Source: Trypanosoma brucei (lineage: Eukaryota). From it: a stretch of DNA of 64,000 nt. Each line of letters begins with the position of its first letter. Position 1 is the stretch's first letter. Below, piece after piece: positions 54,901 to 64,000 of this stretch. The translations under genes and the position numbers were made by a program. The stretch spans positions 1,088,001-1,152,000 of the forward strand of contig AE017150.2 of NCBI GenBank assembly GCA_000002445.1. The letters are read 5' to 3'. The notes beneath the pieces were generated by a model. That model searched no databases. It was not told where the DNA came from and was given only the letters and a program-made list of their open reading frames with translations.

Positions 54901-57622
54901 GATTGTACCATTGCAGTGGGTGAACCGTTTCGTTTGGGACGTATTGCATTCTGCTGTGTGATTAAGCGCCGAGTTTTTCTGCAAATATACGTATGATATT
55001 TAGTTGCTGTCGACCCGCCGAATCGGTGTGTGGTTAGTGTAAAGCATTATGCGAACATAGGTTAGTAATGCACAGTGTTTAGAAGGCGAATGTGCCATTC
55101 AAGTAACCTTGATTTATACGTAACGTTTCTTACCTTTTTGTGGTGTTTCACTGTGATCATTCCGAGCGATGTAGTTTATGCTGTTAATGTCACTCAAAGC
55201 AATCTGATATTTTTTATGATTGTCACTGCAGCATCTCTTTCTACAAGTTTCTTTACTTTTTTTAAAAAAAGGCATCATTATAAAGCTTGAAAAAGATGTC
55301 ATAGCTCTTTAACCCTTTACACCCTCTCAAAATATGCCATGAAAAATGTAAAACTTGCCAGTTGTTTTCACGGTTGCGGCTCTGTAAGAAAGTGAATATT
55401 TCACACTTTGGAGAGCTAATTTTGCTACGAAGTGGTTAAGGCCACCTATTCGCAGTGGCAGCCCTTGAGGTGAAAACCACATATACTAACGTATCGACAG
55501 CAGTAATGAGGACATGTGTCAGCATGGGACGTATGTTTCACTACAGTGTCACAGAGGTTTTAAAGCACAGTGGGCACGGGAGGTGAATTAGTTGTAGATC
55601 TCTTTGTGCCTTAACCTTTCGTGCTATTCTTTTTTTTCTCTCTGGAACTGATACAGTCTGGGGAGGCAGTGTGCTCAAGCTTTGCTAAGTTTTTGGAAGC
55701 AGGACTCACGACCCATCCCCCACTGTGTAATGTATGATGACCAGATTTGTTCTGAGGGAGCGTCAAACCAATCGTGTACGATGGGCGTGTAGAACAGGAA
55801 GTAAAGGAAGGTGTGTTATTATATGCAAATGCAGATGAAATACTGCTCACAACACCTAAAGAAAGCAAAGTCACTCCTGACGGTTTTGATCATTTTATCA
55901 GTGTATCACAATCTAATCACCTTTGCTGCTGTAGAAGGCTCATTGCATAGTTGTGTGTATTTTGCTTTCAGAGCTTGAGACAACCAGTCACTTACCGACC
56001 ACTGTGGAGAGTGATCACGATGATGTCGTCGGCTTTCCTGTATGGAAGGAAGTATCATTTTGCTCTTCTGCTCGCGTAATTGTGTTCCTTTGTGTATCCG
56101 TGGAGTAGCGTTGTTATTGAAAAGAGGGATGATGAGTAGAATGGCGACTCAACACTTTTTCTTGTACTGAAGAAATACCAAGAGTTTTTTTCAGCAGGAC
56201 AGACCTGCGGTGGCCATGTGGTTTAGATACCTCAGGGACAACTTCCATATTGCACAAGGAGAACTTCTGCGTCTTGAGGTGGCATGGCGCATGCTAGTGT
56301 TGGGATATCTGTACATTGGAATAGCAAGGTCTTCCAGGGAAGGAAGAGGGATACATAAGCCAGTGAAGGGCTGCACAGGTGCTGTGTCAGGTGTGAAGGT
56401 GATAGATGGCTCTAAGGAAGTGTCAGATGTGATTATACTCGGCAAGAGGTTGCTGCTCAAGGTTTTGATTATATACTTCCCGAGACGATCAAATGTCGCG
56501 TAACTTACGTTGGAAGAAAGTTTAGGGGGAGCAATGGGATGAGGGAAGTCCCCACTGGATTGTTTGGTCGGATATACAACATGATAAGTGGAAGGTTTGT
56601 TGAAGAAGAACGCAGGTACACCACATCCAATAGGTGAGAAGGCAGTAATGGCCGGGTGCATTTGCTGTGAGTGAAAACTTTAACAATGGATGCTAAGTAG
56701 TTAATGTTGAAATGTTTTAAAACGTTAGAGAAAGGAATGACTAAATGGTTGTAGGTACGTAAATCGTGGGACGCACTAAGGGAAAATGATGTAGTGGTGC
56801 GATGGAGCAAGGGACTCGAATACCCAATATATTACAAGAAACGCTACTGTTGAGTTGGGTGCAGAAACAAGTGAGAGACAAGCTGTTTGGGTAGCTGAAG
56901 TATCGACCACTGGGAAAGGTGAAGCGTTGGCAGGAAGGATCATCAAATCTCATCCTCATTTCATTTAGTATGACTGAGGAAGCGAGGGAAGGAAAGGAAT
57001 GGTTGTGAAGGGAGCAAGTAGTGAAAGCAAAATAGTAGAAGCAATTGTGGCGTCAAATAAGATGTGAAGGGTAGCGGTAGTACAAATAGAAAAGCAAAAC
57101 CAAGTTAAAAAAATTGGTTGCCGACGTCAAGGAAGCGGGGACAGGTGAATAAAATTATGTAATTCGTACCAGTTTAAATGTATTAAAATGAACTCTGATG
57201 TGTGTGATTTGCTACTGTTAACTCGGTGAACATCGGAACTGATACGTTGCTCTGTGCTATTGTAGCAGTGCACTCCAGTGTGGTATCACTGGAACTATAA
57301 AACCTTATATTTCTTATGGCGTTGTATCAGTGCTTCCACTATGGCATCATTGTGTTAACGTGAGCAGTATATTGTCACGTAGTGGACAACATGTCAACTA
57401 GTTTGTTTAAACTGTTGCTCTCTTGACAGTTTGTAGTTCGTATCACTCTGTTGTTTGCTTTTCTTGTCTTGTTTATTCCCCTGAGATATTACTGGTAAGT
57501 CCTCCTTTATCCTAATTTTTGTATTTACGCCGGCTGTTGAAGCGGAACCCTTCCAATTATTAGGCACAAAACGGTACATATATATATATTACAAGAAAGC
57601 AACAGTGTGTAATTTAGAAACC

Positions 57623-58582
57623 ATGACACGCGCCTCGCTTCCTGTTATTGATGTTTCGCCCCTATTTGGTGGCGAATCCGCAGAAAAGGAAAGGGTCTCC
57701 AAGCAGATTGATAATGCATGCAGGACATGGGGCTTCTTCTACATTGTGGGACATCCGATTCAGCAGGAGCAGATTGACAAAGTACTTAAGTTAGCTGATA
57801 CTTTTTTCTCTCTTCCTATGGAGGAGAAGCTCAAATTGGACGTTCGCAAGGGTAGACTTTATCGTGGTTACACTGCCCCTGGAGTAGAGGAAGCTGATGT
57901 AGGGAAGGTTTACACGTACGAGACCTTTACGACGGGATACCATCTTCCTAAGCACCATCCAGACGTCATGGCAGGCAAACCGCTCCGAGGACCGAATATC
58001 CACCCCACTCAAGTGAGGGGATGGATGGAGGGTATGGAAGGTCATTACCGCGATATGTGGGCACTTGCGCTTGTCCTCCTGCGCGCTATGGCGCAAGCTA
58101 TCGGTTTGCAGGAAGATTTCTTCGACTCCAAGTTTATGGATCCCCTTTGTGAATTGAATATAAAGCACTACGTTCCCTTATCTCAAACGAAAGAAGAAAC
58201 TACTTTGCTCATTGAGCACAGCGATTTCGGTGTTATGACGTTACTCTATCAAGACGCTTCAGGTGGCTTGCAAGTACGTGATAGTTCCGGAGAGCTGATG
58301 GATGTGCCACCTGTTGAAGGAAGTTTTGTTGTCAACCTTGGAGACATGATGGAGATGTGGACCAATGGCCAATACCGTTCCACAAAGCATCGTGTGGTAG
58401 CCACAGACAAGGAACGGTACTCCATGCCTTTCTTTTGCAATCCCAATCCGAATGTCATCGTCAAGTGCCTCGACAACTGTCACTCGGAAGAGAATCCACC
58501 AAGGTACCCTCCAGTGCGGGCTGTTGATTGGGTTTTGAAGCGGTTCGCGGAGGCATATGGGAAAGATTACTCAAAAATGTAG
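57623..58582 (+). CDS. 2OG-Fe(II) dioxygenase, IPNS-like family, copy D (type II); 319 aa
   Basis: Identical to copy C except residue 285 (V/I) and residue 305 (V versus I). Confidence 0.9.
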   Translation: MTRASLPVIDVSPLFGGESAEKERVSKQIDNACRTWGFFYIVGHPIQQEQIDKVLKLADTFFSLPMEEKLKLDVRKGRLYRGYTAPGVEEADVGKVYTYETFTTGYHLPKHHPDVMAGKPLRGPNIHPTQVRGWMEGMEGHYRDMWALALVLLRAMAQAIGLQEDFFDSKFMDPLCELNIKHYVPLSQTKEETTLLIEHSDFGVMTLLYQDASGGLQVRDSSGELMDVPPVEGSFVVNLGDMMEMWTNGQYRSTKHRVVATDKERYSMPFFCNPNPNVIVKCLDNCHSEENPPRYPPVRAVDWVLKRFAEAYGKDYSKM

Positions 58583-60973
58583 GAGTGGTTCCTAGTTTGC
58601 ATTTCTTTTAGCATTTGCTTTATCAAGAATGGTATCAGGCCCTGCAATTAGTAGTTGTTTTTCAGACGTGGCTGACTTACATATGCGTAGTATCTGTCGT
58701 AATGCAAAAAGTTCTGTGATTTAAAATGTGGGTGAAGACAGTACGGTAACGTATCTAGTCAGAATGAATATATTTCACTCACTCTTTATTTTCAATGTAG
58801 GGAATTGTTAAAGGGGTAATAATATTTCTTTCACCTTTCCTCTTCCTTTTTTTTAATTGCCATCTTTGTAAGGGGTGCTGTAAGTCCATCTTTTCTCATA
58901 CTTTGATATCTTCATCTATTTCCTTATTACATTGAATAATGCATTAACATCTTCATTGCGATGCCAACTGAAGTATTCTGACAAGCAATAGGTGTATGCT
59001 ATTGTATGTTAGTTTATGCTGCAACAGAGTTCTCCTTGGAAATGCTTGTCTTTTTTTTTCACTTTGAGGGGGTTCTACAATTGTCTTTCCCCATTCTATT
59101 CTAAGGGTTAATTACGCATTAGAAATGCTACCAGTCACTTCAGAGGTATTCCTTCTTACACAAGTATTATTTTGATGCGATCTCATGCAAGGAGAATGGA
59201 GGTAAATGGAGAATGAAACAACTCACATTCTCCACCCACCCAATGGAGAGCATACGTTTTACCATGGAAGTCGCGCTTGAAGTATCTCCCCAAGTAGAGC
59301 AAACTAATGAGGAATTAGCACCTAAGGGCTGCGTTGTTAAATATTTTGAAAGAGTGGGGGTTCGTACGTGAAGGATAAGGGATTTTGAGGGTGCTTACTC
59401 TTATTGTGTTTTTAATTTTTTTTTTGAAAAGGGGGGTGGTGGCCAATTTTATTATGTCACCCGACGAATGGAATTGCTTTGTACCACGCTGTTTGTGTTT
59501 GTTACATATATTGGTAAGGAATAATGTTTTTTATGTGAATTTCAATGCGTTTGATGTTTTTTGTCACCGCACTTATGTTGAGTCTGTGCAATTTCTTTTC
59601 CCTCCATGCTGAACATACCATTCTCTATTATTTTCTTATCTTTCATTGTTTCAGCTTTTCAGGGGAAACACATGCATACCCACGAGATGGAATACACTAA
59701 ACGACACGTAACACTGTGGGAGAATGTTATAAATGCATGCAGTCCAATACTTGAGAAATGTGTATTTTCTACACCTTAACATCAATTTTTTTTTTTGTAA
59801 AGGACAAACTCACTGAGTGTTTAGTGACTGCGCTTCTTCAAACTTTTCTCCCTCAAGGCGTATTATGCAGTTGCAGAGAGTCATCTGTTTTCTGCTCCTT
59901 CTCCGCTTGCTAATGATTTGTGTTTATGCGTGTTGCTTCCTTTTTTATATTGTAAGTAATAGAAGACAAAAAAGGGGATATTACATATTACATATTTTAT
60001 TTTGTATGTTAGCATGGTTGCATAATTTATTCTGCTGTAGAGGCGTGTGTTATGGATTGTAGTATTTGGAAAAGTTGTTCGACTAAAAGTTATAAAAGCT
60101 AACCCTGTGTGTGATGGATTTTTAATTTATATAAACTTGTTTAACTTTATATTAGAATATAAATTTATTTATTGTCATTTAAATAGTTCACCCATATGAG
60201 AAAACTAAATGAACACATATACGCACGTATATGTATATTTATATTTGCATATTTGTTGTTTATGTATATTATATTTGAGTAATGTTGGTAAGGTAAGAAA
60301 ACGGCTGTGTAATAAATCATTTTTATTTGGTATGCTTTGAGTGCGCGCGCGTGGGTTCTTTATTTCTATTATTAGAAAAGGAAACTGCAATAATTGTTTC
60401 ATTATTAAAAGTTCTTCATGACTCTTGTTTTTAAGTTTAGCATTTTGCTATTACTCAAATCATGTGAATTAAGGGAGGACTCATATCAGTATCATATGAT
60501 GATATTTGAAACAATTTAGAGACGCCTGATATTACTCAATACTCTAACTCTTTTTTTTCCTTTCATATCCATTGCATTTATATTGTGATATGATAAGTTG
60601 ATTTGTGTTAGCATTCAAATGCAGCATTGTTATTATTAATATTAACTTCCTTAAAGGAAATTAATTCGAAAGGAATGTTATTGTAAAAGGATTCAAATTG
60701 CAAGTAGTTATTCAGATAATGTTAATAATTTATACACAATTTTATATTTATTGTAGTTGTAGTAGTGTGCGTATTTAAACAAAGGTACCACTAATTTTGT
60801 AATTACTCAATAGTTATAATGACACAATTCTATTTCTTGATAATTTGAGTCCCTGAATTTGTTTTTCCCTTCATATTTTTCACTTTGCTTTTCTTTTCTT
60901 TCATTTCATATATGTTTTTCTTTTTGTTATATAGACAAGCTTATTATATCACTATTTCAAGTAATTCAAAAAG

Positions 60974-62374
60974 ATGGCAATGCTTGGTTTCGAGTCGACA
61001 GCTGAATTTTTTGTCTATCTCACCTTCATCTTTTTTGGGATGTCGGTGATGAATGTGACGAATGCTATTTACTCTATTCCTGACTATTTTTCAGTGTATT
61101 ATCAATTTGTTAAAAATGATGAAAAAGCGAAACCTGTCAATGCATCGTTCTGGGAGCACATGTTCACGTATTATAATGTTGTTGTGTTTACGATGCAAGT
61201 GGTTTTGGAGGCTTTTATGCTAACACCATTGGGCCGACGCATTCCTATTAGTTGGCGTCTCATCTTTGGACTCACAATTCCTATGGGTGAGATCATTGCA
61301 ATTTTAGTGATCCCTGAAGTTGGAGGAAGTGAAGCTGGTGCGATGGCAACTGTTATGATAGTTGCTTTTGTTGGTGGTATTTCCAAAACACTTTGTGACT
61401 CCAGCAATGCTGCACTTGCGGGACCGTTTCCGACTAAATTCTATGGTGCCATCGTGTGGGGTCTTGCAGTCTCTGGCCTAATCACTTCATTTATGTCTGT
61501 TGTCATCAAAGCAGCGATGGAATACAGCTTCAAAAGCAGACGAGTTCAGTCCCAAATATACTTTGGATTAGTCATGCTTCTTCAGGTGGTTGCATGCGTG
61601 CTTCTTGTCCTTCTGAGGAAAAACCCATATGCCATTAAATATGCTGCAGAATTTAGGTATGCTGCGAGGAAGGATGGAAAGACAGATGATGGCGAAGATG
61701 AAAACGATGCAAAGGGAACAGGGCCAGCAGACGAAGATGGGTATCCTGATGAAAAAGAGAATAAGAATGTATTGAATGCTGATATTGATCCAGATAAGAT
61801 GAAGGATACGGATCAGGTTGAAGGCACTACCAACGCTCAGCAAATGCTTGATGCGAGTGTTATGGTTGTGGTGAAACGTATTTGGCCCATGTTACTTTCA
61901 TGCTTCTTTGTGTTCTTTGCGACACTTCTCATCTTCCCTGGTGTATTCTTTGCTGTTAAAGATAAAACAACGGTAAAAAACTTTTGGTATTATACAATTA
62001 TTGTTGCCATGTTCAACTTGGGTGATTTCTTGTCTCGTCTGGTGCTGCAGTTCAAGCGGTTGCATGTGTCTCCGCGCATGGTTATGATTGGTTCATTTGC
62101 ACGTGCGTTGCTGATAATTCCTCTTGCCCTTTGCGTTCCTGGTACCATTCCTGGTGTATGGCTTCCCTACACCGTTTCTCTCCTTTGGGGTCTCACAAAT
62201 GGTTACTTTGGTGGCCTTTCAATGATTTATGGACCACGTACGGGATCCCTCACCACAGCGGGTCAACGCTCTCTTGCTGCTATTTGCATTAATGTGGCTC
62301 TTTTACTCGGTCTCTTTGCTGGTGCTATGTTTGCATTGGCTGTTAAGGAGGGACTTCCGAAGGAAAAAAAGTAG
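60974..62374 (+). CDS. ENT-family nucleoside transporter, TbNT2-family, copy 5; 466 aa
   Basis: Its TM1-TM2 loop is of the copy-4 type (SIPDYFSVYYQFVKNDEKAKPVNASFWEHM). Its C-terminus is of the copy-2 type, with an extra KEKK tail. Confidence 0.92.
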   Translation: MAMLGFESTAEFFVYLTFIFFGMSVMNVTNAIYSIPDYFSVYYQFVKNDEKAKPVNASFWEHMFTYYNVVVFTMQVVLEAFMLTPLGRRIPISWRLIFGLTIPMGEIIAILVIPEVGGSEAGAMATVMIVAFVGGISKTLCDSSNAALAGPFPTKFYGAIVWGLAVSGLITSFMSVVIKAAMEYSFKSRRVQSQIYFGLVMLLQVVACVLLVLLRKNPYAIKYAAEFRYAARKDGKTDDGEDENDAKGTGPADEDGYPDEKENKNVLNADIDPDKMKDTDQVEGTTNAQQMLDASVMVVVKRIWPMLLSCFFVFFATLLIFPGVFFAVKDKTTVKNFWYYTIIVAMFNLGDFLSRLVLQFKRLHVSPRMVMIGSFARALLIIPLALCVPGTIPGVWLPYTVSLLWGLTNGYFGGLSMIYGPRTGSLTTAGQRSLAAICINVALLLGLFAGAMFALAVKEGLPKEKK

Positions 62375-62442
62375 GAGTTTTTAAAACATTAAATAATGTC
62401 TAAACTTTTTTTAAATTAATAAAATAAAAAAATAAACTCCAT

Positions 62443-62463
62443 GCTGGTATCAGCTAGGAGTGG
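62443..62463 (+). promoter_or_regulatory. Conserved 3'-flank hairpin motif (gctggtatcagctaggagtgg), 69 nt after the NT copy 5 stop
   Basis: Same motif as at 20957. Confidence 0.35.
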
Positions 62464-64000
62464 TTTTAACGATGAAAATAATAAAAAAAATAAAATAGGA
62501 AAAGATAAGACAAAAAGGGGTTAATTCTAGGAAAGTGAATAATATGACTCATGGCAGCAAGCAAGCATATACGTGCATATGTTATGTAGTTTTGAGGTAA
62601 AAGTGACGCAAAGAAAAGTGTTAGTCGGTTACAAACGCATCGCGCAAAGTACGATACGGCGGAGTTCTGCAAGCTTGTACCATGACAGTATTTCACTATT
62701 TTGTTAACTAACATGGATTTCACCTCTAAGATATGGTTTTAAGGGTAAGGGTTGTAAATTGTGAAATTGTATTGACGATCTCACTCATTAGTGCAAACCT
62801 TTGATACACTTTACTGTTTACTTTTGATGCAACACAAAATTTGTGTGAAAGAAAGAGCTATACTTCAGCTTGTAGCGTTTTCAGTGCGCTTATTTTCATC
62901 ACATGTGTGCAAACGAGTAAAAAAATGATGTGAACCCGAAAAGTCTTATTACTTTTCCTTTTATTCCCATGACCGTGCTATGGTGTTACGGATATGTGTG
63001 TAAGTGAGGAGTGTTGTGTGGATTTGCTTCTATTATTGTTTACTTGCCTTTGGTTGTATACCACACACCTGCTTATGTTTTCCCATATGTGTACGCCTGT
63101 AGATAACAGTGTGGGAGTTTACTCCGTGACGTTTTCTCACAAATGTCTAGAGGCAAATGATTAAAGTAATTTTTTTGTTTAATGTATATCTGTATATGTT
63201 TGTCTGTTTATGTGTATGTGTGTTTGTGTGTACGTATTTGACATGTTCAGCAATATGTTTAGATTATCCAATTATATCTTTTCTTTTCTATTTTCTTATA
63301 TTGTTTACTTGTCACTGTTTTACTTTCAGGAAGGTATATAAATTAAGCTGAAGCAACGTTATGTTCATTTGTGTATTAGACACATGAGTTTATTTCCAAG
63401 CAGATGATATATGCGTGAACGCGTGTGTTTAACTTTATAATGTCTTATACTAAAGATGTATCCAAATATTGCCATGCTAATACCTTGTGAGGCTTATTGT
63501 ACTTTTGTGTTGTGAAATAGTCAAGTAGTTGCTGTGTAACTTTTGTGTTATTTTTTAGATAATGTGTGTTTTCTTAGTCTAATATCTTTAATAAATGATT
63601 TGACAGCTGCTTGCATGTGAGGGTTTCATTCCTCTTCTTTGCTTAAAAATGTGCAGAGACTGGAATCCTTTATATAAATGAAGTGAAATGCATAACTTAT
63701 AAATTGCATTTCCACTTTCACATATTGTAATATTATTGAGTATCAAAAGGGAAATGATGAATCATGTAATAGGAAGTCATTCACAACATGGTAATAGAGC
63801 AATTCATCTTCGAAGCTATAACGGAACAAGCTTTTTATTGTAATGCTTATTTGTGGAATAGCTCATGCTTTATGAATGCTTGAGGATGGAGCGTTGTAAT
63901 ATTTTTAAAAGTAATATAAGTAAACTAGCAAACAAATTATCGTTTTTGTTTCTTCCTTCATAATCACTATAAGCTAAGCTATTAGTCTATTAGCAATAAT

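Larger units (their letters stand above)
49201..59724 (+). repeat. Tandem repeat unit 4 (~10.52 kb); it contains a diverged, indel-bearing version of the spacer block
   Basis: Same landmarks. The 54200-57100 region is only about 85-90% identical to the equivalent region in the other units and carries an extra ~450 bp. Confidence 0.88.
59725..64000 (+). repeat. Tandem repeat unit 5, truncated by the window end
   Basis: Same landmarks. Its NT gene lies at 60974-62374, and the downstream spacer matches unit 4 (52400-53500 versus 62940-64000). Confidence 0.88.

Noticed and set aside
18233-64000. The regularly spaced direct repeats were considered as a possible CRISPR array or a prokaryotic multi-gene defence or mobile island.
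   Set aside because: The repeat units are ~10 kb and gene-bearing, not 25-50 bp repeats with spacers. The sequence is unmistakably kinetoplastid: trans-splicing architecture, one-strand polycistron, GPI-PLC, coatomer and eL42.

Overview
This window is eukaryotic and looks like the Trypanosoma brucei group (African trypanosome). It matches the chromosome 2 region that runs from the GPI-PLC gene into the TbNT2-7 nucleoside transporter array. It is not a prokaryotic locus, and it contains no CRISPR array, operon or bacterial defence system. All credible genes are intron-less, lie on the + strand, and are separated by AT-rich spacers with polypyrimidine tracts and microsatellites, which is typical of a kinetoplastid polycistronic unit. 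Several entries in the supplied ORF track begin at GTG or TTG codons or extend back through polypyrimidine tracts; I moved these to the first plausible ATG.

Positions 1-18232 hold single-copy genes:
- GPI-specific phospholipase C (GPI-PLC, the VSG lipase, 358 aa)
- coatomer beta' subunit
- a protein with six RanBP2-type zinc fingers
- an EF-hand protein, possibly a PP2A B''-type regulatory subunit
- ribosomal protein L44 (eL42)
- a basic K/A/E-rich protein with a polyQ tract
- an ABC-ATPase protein with a large, atypical N-terminal region

Positions 18233-64000 form a head-to-tail tandem array of about 10.4 kb units (4 complete and 1 truncated by the window). Each unit carries one ENT-family nucleoside transporter gene (TbNT2-family, 5 copies seen) and one 2OG-Fe(II) oxygenase gene of the isopenicillin-N-synthase-like 'iron/ascorbate oxidoreductase' family (4 copies seen).

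The observations most worth a second look:
- clear gene-conversion mosaicism among both the transporter and the oxygenase paralogues
- a hypervariable first extracellular loop of the transporters, with gain and loss of an N-glycosylation sequon
- a conserved approximately 21-nt hairpin motif 60-90 nt downstream of every transporter stop codon, sitting in otherwise diverged 3' flanks
- a conserved, relatively GC-rich ~2.5 kb block in the long intra-unit spacer with no recognisable coding content
- the strict co-amplification of a catalytically intact dioxygenase with the purine transporters

I see nothing I can support as a genuinely new 'system' beyond these points. Species and gene identifications come from my recall of the families and sequences, not from any search.
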